Source: Schizochytrium sp. TIO01 (lineage: Eukaryota > Protista > Bigyra: Labyrinthulomycetes). From it: DNA of 64,000 bases. A program made the position numbers and the translations under genes. Positions 20,227 to 31,100 of the stretch are shown piece after piece. How positions within the stretch are numbered: position 1 is the stretch's first letter; the number at the start of each line of letters is the position of its first letter. The stretch lies in NCBI GenBank assembly GCA_004764695.1, contig SMSO01000031.1:3882436-3946435 (forward strand), read 5' to 3'. A model generated the notes under the pieces. It saw only the letters and a list, made by a program, of their open reading frames with translations. It was not told the origin of the DNA and searched no databases.

Positions 20227-21831
20227 ATGTCTTCAACGGGCGTAGCATGGAAAGATGTCGAGCCTTTTCTGGGCCTCATCCTTGCGTCTGCGTTTTGCTT
20301 CGTATGCCAAGGATTAGGTAGCTCAAACAATGAAAACACTGTCAGAAAGGGGTGGACAAAAGCTGCAATGCAACGAAAGCGCATGGTTTTGCTTGCCTCA
20401 ACAAGCGGTCTAGTTCTTGGCTTTGCCTTGTTTTGTGGTATACTTGTGTTTACCCAATTTCCAGCAATGCTACAAACGACCCATCCTGCAATTGCCCAGT
20501 TGAAGACAGATGCCCGTGAACAATGTCATAAGCACATGGAAAATATGAACATCCTTGAAGCCGAAAAGTTAATTCGAGATAATACGAAAAGTAGAGAATT
20601 GGCGACAGAGTTTGCTAGCCAACAGCGTAAAACGCTGGATCGTGCCCTCCGTCCTTATCTCAACCAATTATTTTTCCGGATGGGCGCAATGTGCTCTGTT
20701 TTGCCTTTCTTTATCATTCTTGGGATTCAGATAATCTGCACTTTAGCCAAGTGGACACTTCCAAAGCAGCTCCCAACGCCGGCTGATATTACATTTGTTC
20801 TTCTGCCAATCGTTCAAATGGCCACTGCTTACACATGGGCTGTTACAATTTGTTTCCATTTCTGGCTTCGAGAAAGACAAGTTACAAACTGCATGCTTCT
20901 TTCTGGGCACTGGTACACAGCTCTTCACACAATTTGTGTATCTATCGCCACTGCAGGTTGGATGAGGATGGAATGCACGGGTGCAGACCAGAGTGAGACA
21001 CCAGGAAAACGGGTTTGGACAAGCTCATCATCATTGCTTCCACTTTATTACTTGGCATGGGTTATAGCGTATATTGCTCTGACCTCAAGAGTTCTTTCTA
21101 CTTCACAGCATTTCCATCATGATTGGCAGGAATCAGTAGAGGGTATCAAGTGTATGGTCATGACATTACCTTTCGCTGCTCTTGCTGGAGCCTTTGTTCT
21201 GTATATCTCAACCGAGCGAGCACAACTCGAGATTGCAGACACAGAATCATCAGGCTTTCAAAAGGGCCAAACAGCAGATGTACTTGAAAATTTCCAAGCG
21301 GAAAGTAATGTGGAGCTTGATGTCAAACTAGGGGATCTTGTCCTTGTTATCGATGCGTCTAATACTGGGTGGGTTTATGTTCAGCGCCAAGATGGTACAA
21401 AGGGTTATGTGCCTGATAGTTTTCTTGTTGTTTCTCAGCAACAGTTTGGCTTACTATCTAGACAATCACCAAACCTGGAAGATATTAAGGGTGATCCTTT
21501 GAATGCATCATCTCCTTCCTATGTAGACAATATCGCCTCGAAGAATGATGTATCTAGTTCGGAAAGAACACCTTCTGCCTCAAATGAAACAGTTAACTCA
21601 GCGGCTCCAAAGCCGGAGGCTCCAACACGAGCTGTACCATTTCTGAATGACATCCGAAATGGAAATGTTAACCTTAAAAAGGTTTCTCCTTCATCTTCTT
21701 CTGATAGCAATGGTGGTAGTAGTAAATCTCAAGGAAGCATGATGGGGGCGTTACAACAAGCACTTCACCAACGCAGAGCTACATTGAACCCACCTGAGGA
21801 TTCAAACGAGGAAAGCAGTGAATGGAACTAA
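20227..21831 (+). CDS. Multipass membrane protein: FIT/PAP2-like domain + SH3 + C-terminal WH2-C-A (WCA) module
   Basis: About 7 hydrophobic segments with LLSGH and HFHHDWQES..G motifs. SH3 (ELDVKLGD...GWVY...GYVPDSF). WH2 FLNDIRNGNVNLKKV, amphipathic MMGALQQALHQRR, acidic end EDSNEESSEWN*. Confidence 0.8.
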   Translation: MSSTGVAWKDVEPFLGLILASAFCFVCQGLGSSNNENTVRKGWTKAAMQRKRMVLLASTSGLVLGFALFCGILVFTQFPAMLQTTHPAIAQLKTDAREQCHKHMENMNILEAEKLIRDNTKSRELATEFASQQRKTLDRALRPYLNQLFFRMGAMCSVLPFFIILGIQIICTLAKWTLPKQLPTPADITFVLLPIVQMATAYTWAVTICFHFWLRERQVTNCMLLSGHWYTALHTICVSIATAGWMRMECTGADQSETPGKRVWTSSSSLLPLYYLAWVIAYIALTSRVLSTSQHFHHDWQESVEGIKCMVMTLPFAALAGAFVLYISTERAQLEIADTESSGFQKGQTADVLENFQAESNVELDVKLGDLVLVIDASNTGWVYVQRQDGTKGYVPDSFLVVSQQQFGLLSRQSPNLEDIKGDPLNASSPSYVDNIASKNDVSSSERTPSASNETVNSAAPKPEAPTRAVPFLNDIRNGNVNLKKVSPSSSSDSNGGSSKSQGSMMGALQQALHQRRATLNPPEDSNEESSEWN

Positions 21832-22132
21832 CAGTCAAAGCCTCCTTTTTCTCTTAGTTTCATTTTTAAAATAAATAATAAGTAATTTCTTTTTCTTTTT
21901 CTATTCTTAATTTTAAAACAAAACAAAAAAACTTTATTTTAAAATATAAAGTAAAAATATTGACAATTTTTTTACTAGTCATCATGCTATCTATGTACGT
22001 GGGAAACAGAATAGGTGTATCGCTCTTGAGATCATCATTGCAGATACCCGCAAGAATAGAAACGATACCAATAAGGGAAAATGCCAATGTAGATACCAGT
22101 CATGAGACTTAGGATTCTAAGCGAGTCGACTA

Positions 22133-25100
22133 TCAATTTAGTAAATGCGGCGGTGGTGGGGCCAAAATTGTGTTCAGGCTGGAACACGAAAGAAGATCAA
22201 TCATTTCTAAATTTTGTATTCGCAAATCAGACAACCGAGCTCGATCATCTACCTGAATCGGTGCGACGATGTGAGCAACATCAGAGTCGATTGAGTTGCT
22301 GGCCAGAAAATGCTTTTTGAACGCAGGTACTACGGGCTCCTCGAGAAAAGTACAAGCTAAAGTCTCCTGCTGTAGTATCGTTTGACTGTCAGATGAGAGT
22401 GCAATTACATGCCCTCTTCCAAAGACTACAATACTTCGAGTCTCCTCAAGAGTCCGTATTTTGACCTCAAATGAGTAGTTTGACGGAACCATGCCGGGAT
22501 GTACGCCAATTCGAATTTGCTTCACTGTGCCAGGTTTGAGCTCCGTTGTGTCATCAACCAAAACCTTAATTCTAGCTTGGCTTAAACACGTTTTAATAAT
22601 GTCGAAAGATAAAAAAACAGTGACGGATCCACTGTTGATTAGACGTATCTCCTGAAAGCAATAACTTCCGCATGGAGTTGCTCCAAAGTTGACTTCGCCA
22701 GAAAGTGGGGATATATCGACTCTGTATGTACCTCCAATTCCTAAAACATTTAAAATTTTATAACGTCCACGTGATTCCACAATGAAGTCTCCAGGAAAAC
22801 GACCAACATCACTAGCTTTGAAGAAAACATTTACATCTTGACTTTGCCGAGGCTCGAGGTTTCCTGAGTCAGGAGTCACTTCAAAGCCAGGTGCAACGGC
22901 GGGAATAGACCAGTCTAAGTCAATTTTCCCAGTGTTACAAATTTTGAAGGACCGCTGGTATTTTGTGCCTGGAGAGCAAACTCCAAAATTAATGGTGTCT
23001 CCCAAAACACGAAATTGTGGATAGACCCCAAGCCCACTCACTTGTATATCGAAAGTCCCAACATTCGATCGAAGCTTAATACTTCCCCGGAGTTCGTAAC
23101 TCCCCATAGGTTTCCAGCTTATAGCAAATGTACCTTCCCCGTAGCCTGGGATCGTTATTGTTTTAGGTGTAAGCTTCAAAGGAAAGCTAGGGGCCAGGTT
23201 AAGCTCGGCTGGGTATCCTCCATAATTCCTTATCGTTACACATTTGGTAATTAGATCACCCACGGCGCATGGACCCATACGAACCTGGGCGAATTCTGAA
23301 GGGCGAAGAGTGGAAGCATCACACTTCCCCTCCATCTGAATGATAGAAGTACTTCCAACGAGATCGGTTTCCACAAACAAGTCTTCACAAAACTCTCCTA
23401 GAAAGTTCTCCAAAAGTTGCTCTTGGACTTCGCTCTGAACCGGTCCAGAAAAAGTTGCAATAATCTCAATAGATTCCTTAGGTGGAAGTCGAGCTTCCCA
23501 TCTCGATAATTTAAAAGGAAAGGCCTTTTGGGGATCTACACGTCGAAGACGAAACGAGAAGGTCATGGTCCCAGTGTTTTCAAAGGTCACAGTAGCTTTG
23601 GCTGGCTTTGTGGCCTGAAAATGTCCAAAGTTGAACGATGGTGGGTAAACGTTTAAATAGGCTGTTCCTGCAATCAATCTTAGTGGAAGATCAAAATTGG
23701 AGTATATTGAAGACAATGCAATTCGGACATTGTCGGTTGTTTCTTCCATTGCCTTACTTGGAACATAAGTCACAGTGATGACTCTTTTCTCGAATGGGGA
23801 AATGGATAGACTTTGTGGTTCAACTTTTAAATCATTCAAAACGGTCCACTTGTGGGCTTTGGGCTCATTTCCTTCAGAGCAAATAAGCGAAACTTCTAGC
23901 GGGTACGTTAGATCCCCAGCATTCGAAACTTCGAATGAAGTTTTGTAGGCATTCCCAACTATACAATCAACGAAATCCACGCGTTGGACAGACAAACTAA
24001 GAACTGCCTCGCGACCACTGCCGGTGAGATCTAGCGTGTATGATCCTGTTGATGTATGAATTGTAAAAGTGTCCACAAAGTGACTTTCGGAGTGAGGATG
24101 GAATACGAGGGGAACATAAAAATTATCAGAAGGGGCAATTCTCAGCGGCTCCCCGGAGTCTAACGAATGCGGCCATGACTCCCCCTTGCGAAAAACAGAG
24201 TGGCTGTGTCTACTGTTCTTAAACGTAAGAGCCTTAATAGTAAGCACAGCATTTCCTGAGTTTCCAACTCGTAGACGCTTTGGTATGGTCTTGCCAACCA
24301 TGCAGCGGCCAAAGTCAAATATTTCATAGTGATCTAAATCCAGCTGAGGGTATCCACCGCCTGCATATACATCAAAAACGATAGGCGCAGTGCAATTGGT
24401 CTCAAATAAAATTGGATGTACACATAATCCCTCGCTCGATGGTGAGTAGACAAACTCAATCAGAACTAGATCACCTGGATTTAAAACGCCCTCGTTGGGC
24501 TCCACAACTAAATCATCATTGCCGTTTCGAATCCTAAATTCTGCTGCCATGGTACCTCGGTTCTCAAAGGTTCGAGCTATTACTTTTGTTTCACCTAAAG
24601 CCTGGCGTCCAAAATTAATCGTAGTCAAGTCATCAACTATGATTCTCACCTCTTGAGCCTCCGCCCGGACCGGGATTTCATATGGTTCTACACCTGGGAG
24701 CATAGATCCTACTACTAAGATAGCGTCCAGATAACCTTCAATAGAGGTGTTCAAGGAGACATTGACTTCCATGCTCATGCGCTCAGAAAGAGTACCCTGT
24801 TTTGGGCAAACCTGTAAGTGTGCAAGAGAGAATTTACTCTCTTCTAGCTCACGTTCCAGAAGCTGTTGAGGATCTTCAAATTCTGCATTATTCGATTGCT
24901 TTGTATCACCCGGAGTGGACGAGTTAATAAACTCTTGGAGGACTTTTGCATCCCTATCAGCATCATCCAACTTTGAACGGAACGCCTCAGAAAGATCTTG
25001 TGCTTCGTTCTTTTGCTTAGAAAGCTGCACCTCCTGATACTTATGAAATCGCTCCAATATGTGCTCCATTCGTGATCCCACTGCATCTCCTCGACTACAA

Positions 25101-28100
25101 AGATCCTGAAGAGCATCGCTTAGACCTGTTGAAGCAGAATTCGTTAGCCGAAGTTTCCGTTTTGCAAAGGATCCTGCCGAAACTAGCGATGATCTAGTTC
25201 TACCAATATCTGGGAGATCTGGAAACATCTCATGATGCTGATCCAGGTCCCAGATTACGTTTCTCTGTGCGCTTGTTAAAGGACGAAAATTGTTCATTTT
25301 GCGAGCGTCTCGGACTAATAATAGAACATTTTCAATAGCCCAATGCCACAATCTAAGTTGACCGAGCCTAGTTGTTGTACCTTTGAGCAAAATTGTAGCA
25401 GTCAAAACCCCCAGCCTCGCAAGTTCATAGGCATCTCTCGAGCCGGCTTTCATTTTCCAATAGAGCTGGACGCTGGTTGGAATCGATCCAGAGTTTGTAA
25501 GGGCAATCGATTTCGTGTAAGTGTGATCACAAGCAATGTTTCCGAAATTAAGATCTCCTACGTGGCCCAGCTTAACGCCCCCTCCTCTTGCTCGAAGTGG
25601 AACTGTCAACGAGTCAAATTCACTTCGAATTTTGAGAAGCCCCGAATAGGATATCTCACGTTCTGCGCATAGACGTACACGTAAGACCACAAAGTGTCCA
25701 GGATACAGAGCACACTCCACGACCGTGTCTCCATTCTTTTCGTTGCCGGCCGAAGAATACATGTCAATTGCAATTTTGCTTTGTTGCCGTGTTAATCCTG
25801 CATTTGAATTCTGCTTTGGAGGTCGGCGGATTACACTTGCACGAAAAGGCGCTAGCTGCTTTTGCTCTAGATTAGCTGATTTTTTATGACTTTGGTTTGA
25901 GGGATTACGCTGCTTTCGTGCTACCACCATAGGTGCTGACCCCTGGTCCTCGACTCGTTCTGCCTCTCCGCTTGACAGAGCAAACTTAGCGCTATATCCT
26001 GGGGTTGCACTTTGTATGTCATTTATACGAATGTGACCAATCGTATAATAGGGTGACGTGGATTCGCAAACAAGCTTTAATGGTACCTGGCCTGAGTTAT
26101 GGAACAATACTCTTTTCTCCATAAGAACATGCGTACTTACTAGCTGAAAGTCTAAGCCTTGCATATTTCTATCTCTTTGTGAGAGAAACTCAGGCTCCAG
26201 AACTCCCTGCCCCCCTAAACCAGCGACGTTAATCGTAAGTCTTTTCACACTGTTATAAACAACGGTGAAAACACCCTCAATATGATCACTGTGAGAAGGT
26301 TCGAATGCTATCTGTAGAGGGAGATACTCCCCAGGCTCGACTTTCCCATCTCGTGGGACAATACAGTACTCGCGAGGAACCTTTGATTGAACGTAAAATA
26401 ACGCTGGGATTTTCCCTGCATTATATAAAAGGATAGTGCGGCGATGTGATTGCCGCACTGCACGTACACCAAAATCAACAGCACTTTCAAGGTATGGTGT
26501 TTGGTCATTGTCGTATAACTCAAGGCTTGCAAAACCTTCCTTGGCACGCAAGGTGAGCTGTTCATAACCGGTGGCATGTCTTAAAAAGACTTTAGCTGAT
26601 AGTACCCTTTGATTTCCTACACCTGCTTCAGGAGAATTCTCAGGTGACTTAAATTTGAAACTAATCGGAGTCCTTCCATAAGCCTCGCAGGTACCTCGAG
26701 TTTCAATAGAGAATCCAAGACGACCTAAAGCTCGTGTAAAGTGCTCTGGAAGCATGGAAGTAGTCGATGATGAGCTCCTTCGACGGTTTATCCGAGATTT
26801 ACCAGCTCCAGATGTGATGCTTCCTCGCCTCCGATTTTCATTTTCTGTATTGTGCGCATACTGAAGCATAATTGACCTGACCGTGAGATCAGAGGGGTCA
26901 GGTTCCACACTAAAATCATAAGGAACATTTCCTGGGTTCATTGCGTGAATTACCTGCACATATTCTTGGTTGGCTTCGCACAAACCAAAATCAATTGTTC
27001 GAAGTGGAGTGTCAAGCTCAAGCAATGGATCTCCTCCAACGCCTCGAATTTCCGCTGGAATAGATTCAAAGCGATTTTGGATTACAAACAGAGCTCTAGT
27101 TTCGCGTTCACGTTCGAGTGGCTCGAATGATACAGTGAAGTGAATCATAACCCCCGTTGCAAAATTTCCATCCATAGGTTCGACCGTAAGATACTCAGGT
27201 GTGAACTCCTCAAAGTCTTTTGGAAATGAGAAAACATCAAGCCATGTTTGTTTTGCTTGGTTGAACGATTTCCGAGCTCCGGGTTTAGCGGATGATCGAT
27301 GTTGTCCCATTGCGTATGAGTCTCGTACTTGCTTTGCCTCTTCTCTGCTAGTAGCTTCCTTCGTCGGCCTCATAAATACGCAATGAAACTCAAGACTTAC
27401 GTCGCCAATGTTCGTAACTGTAAAGCTCCGATTATGTGTTTGCTTTACTAATGCAACATCAAAATCCAAATCATTCAAGGCCTGCTCAGGGGTAACACTA
27501 AGTTCGGGAATGCCAACATAGCCACATACATCAACTTCATAGCGTACACTTGGGTCCTGGGCCATCTTTACAACAATTGTGTCATCGAGACGATCAAGGG
27601 AGCTAGGACGGAAAATAATAGGTACCCAAATATTACCGCGTGATGGGACACGAATTCCATCGGGCCCATGCTCAACAGTCAGGCTCGAACATGGCATATC
27701 AAAGGTCACAAAACACTCTGCAGCGCCATAGTTGAAGATTTGTAGTAGGCTTGTGTTGGACACATTCAAGATGGCTTGGTCAAAGTCAACGCATGACTGT
27801 CGAACGTGTAATTGTGGCACACCAGCACTACCTCTGCATGCAACAGGTATGGTATGCAATACGGTATCTATGTTATCCCTCATGCTATCATTTAGAGTAC
27901 TCCATAGAATCTTCAATTCGCTATAAGATGCACCTTGTTCAGCAGCAACGTATGCAATGCTTATGTTCTGAGTTTTATTAGGTAGAATTGACCCCATCAG
28001 CGGGACAAAATTGAAGCTTGACGAAAACTGGGATCCTCTGCTTTCTTCCTGGCTCGAATTGCGATCTATGACAAATTCTGCCGCTAAATTGCCTTTATTA

Positions 28101-31100
28101 TGGAGTTGAAGCTCCACTAATTTGCGGTTCCCGATTGGAATACATCCAAAATCGAGCAGAAAGGAACCATCATCTTTCTCTGTTACACTTTCCATGTTGC
28201 CTGCATTTCCACAAGAAATAGAGATAAAGGCAGCGCCCGTTGCTCCGTATAATGTGACCTGTTGACTATGCCACTCGAACTTTGACTCTCGCGCTCCATC
28301 GATACAGCTTTCAAAGCCTACGCTCGCAGTAAGCGCTCGCTCCAGAACAGTCTCGTTGGGCTGAAAAATAACTTTGATACGCTGACTGCGTCCTGGTTCA
28401 ATCGTACATTCTGAGGGTGTTAGTGAAAAGAACTTGTTGTCGACTATATCACCGTACTCGGTTGTTTGTTCCAATTTTTGCGAAAATCCATTTGAAATTC
28501 GGGATTCTTCCGCATTATTTTCAACTTGTGGTGGAGCCGTTTGTTCTATCAATTTTGTTTCAAAACTACGGGCTCGAGTGAAACTCACATGGGAGCGCCA
28601 TTGAACATTAGCAACACCAATATTATGTATCGTTATGTACTTTGCCGAAGTGGATCCAGACGCAACTACCCCAAATTGGATGTCGGAAATGTCAATTGAC
28701 AGTGCAGGCTGAAACTTTGCAGCTACTCGGAAAGTATGAATCGTTGGTGCAGCAGCCCCTGGCTCTTCACTATGAATTTCGAGATTCTCTTCTAGATGAC
28801 CTGAGCTTCCTTGCTCATAGTCAATACTTAATATTATGCGAACTTCTTTTCCTGGTTCAAGATAGAACGGCAGTTTATCTGGCTGCAGCAAATCTGATGT
28901 GTACTTTCTGATTTTTGCGTAAAGCTCTTCCTTACTCGCAGGCTCTGCACGTTCATGTATGGAAGTAGGGGTTTCTGCATCTCTCATCTTGGTCTTGTTT
29001 TCTGCTGAGCTATTTGAGCGCAACCCCTCTAGTAATTTGAATGCTTCGGATCGTTTTTCTCGCCGAATTGTGTGCTCTACAGTACTTATCTGGTAGTCAA
29101 TCTCATCCCAATCAATAACATTTCGACTCTGACAGGTGAGTGAAAGTTGTAAGTCAGAAAATCGAGATGGTCTGTATGTTCCCTCTGAAATTTCGTGGTC
29201 CTTGTCCGTCAAAGCTTGGATCACTGCATCCTCAACCATTTGGTCAAGCTGCAGGGGGCAAAGACCAGGGGCTGACGGGTACTGCAACGCGTGAGCAGGT
29301 TTGGTTTGAATACTGATTTTCAACCATGGGGCTTTAGTGGTGAAGTCTATCAGTTCAACTGACCGCGAACCAGAATTTACCAGAACAAATTCTAATTGAG
29401 CAGTTTTTTTTTCTGCTGTGCTGATCGTACCAAAGTCAACACATGTTCCAGACTCAGCACTCCGTTCGGGTTGTGTTTTAGACTCGGAGTACAAATACAC
29501 TTGGGTAGGATCTCCAAAATTGCTTGATAAATTGCAATAACCTGCACGGGCACGAATCACAAGATACTCTGGCACCGCATTACCGGTTGCAGGCATAATT
29601 TGGCAGAAGCGTACACAACGACATGGTGCTTGTGGGTTTACACGGAAATCAAGAGGTATACGCTGCTCTGAGTTGGCAGTTGTACTGGGTTGATTAGTTA
29701 ACGGTGCAGGCAAGAGCACTGTAGTCTTGAAGTTACCTTGAACAATTTCAAATGGCCCCATATCCTCTAATGATAGTGACAACTGAACCCCATAGCGAAA
29801 TGAGTTCTTTAAAAGTATGCTCTGTTCGAGAATAGAACCGACAGAAATATCACCAAAATCCAGTACCTTAGGACTGATATGCACTGATGAAAAACTATAA
29901 ACACTTGCATCTAGCATCCCAGTAAAGACTTTGAGTGGTGTAACATCTGCATTTGCTGTATCGTCTTCATGCGAGGTAAATGGGTATTCGATTGTACACC
30001 GGACAGGGGCGGCAAATACTCCTTCAATGTGGCTTTGGAATTGTATGCAAAGGTCGAGCTGAGCCCATGGATGGACATGCAAGCTTAATTCATCCGTTGG
30101 TATTCGCTCCGGGTCAATTATAAGGAATGGTGAGGTTTCTGCATTTTGTATAATTCTTGTACTTAAATTTATCAGATGCGGTGTTTGGTTGCTGATTCGC
30201 AAAAGTCGTGAGTCAGCTTCTCCTCGATATAAACTTTGGAAAACAAGACCATCTTCAGGACACCGTACGGAAACTGGCGCAGTTGCTGCCCCTTGTAATA
30301 AGCACGAGCAATATTGATGAATGACCCCATGTTGTTCGTAAACAACCGAAAGAAACCCCCAAGTTGGAACGCTAGCTGTATCTTCTAGCTGAGGATCTAT
30401 TTCTATTATGAGTTCTAATGAGTCATGCGGGTCCACATAACCTTCAAGCAGACGCACTTGACGTAATACAAATGGACTCGAGACAAGAACTTTGTATGGC
30501 TGTGATATACTGGATGTATTACGCAGAGTAACACTTCCGTAACTTCGCTCATGAGACGAAGAATTTCCAAAAATATAGGAAACACTCTTGCTGAGCTGAA
30601 GGCAGTAAGCTTCAGCTCCATCAGTTCCGGTATTCGCAGACCCTGTTTGTCCATGTCCAAATCCAGTTTCCTCATTTTCATCCTCTGAGTCCTCAGAGTT
30701 TTCGTCGTATTCATGGCTCCCAGGCTGTTCGTGAGAAATTGATACTGCCAAAAGACTCCTAAGACGGTTGTATGTAAGTCTCTTGGAACCCAGCTGTCTG
30801 GTGTCACCACTAATATCTTTCCCAATACAAGGTATTGTAACAAACCAAGGTCCATAAGTGATTCGATGAGGGTGAACTAGCTCAATTCGGATTGGAAGTC
30901 GATACAGGCCTGGTTTCGACGATAAAAATTTAATTTCTACTGTGGCATCCTCCTGTGAATGCAAAACTATCGTTGCGCCTCCTCGAAGATCCGTTGCTTC
31001 TTGAGTAGGTGACTGATACCAAGCTGAGCAGGGTGAGTCTTCAAATCCAGTTATGAAGAGTTCTACAGAGCTTTCACTATAGTTCTTCAAAGGAAGTTCA

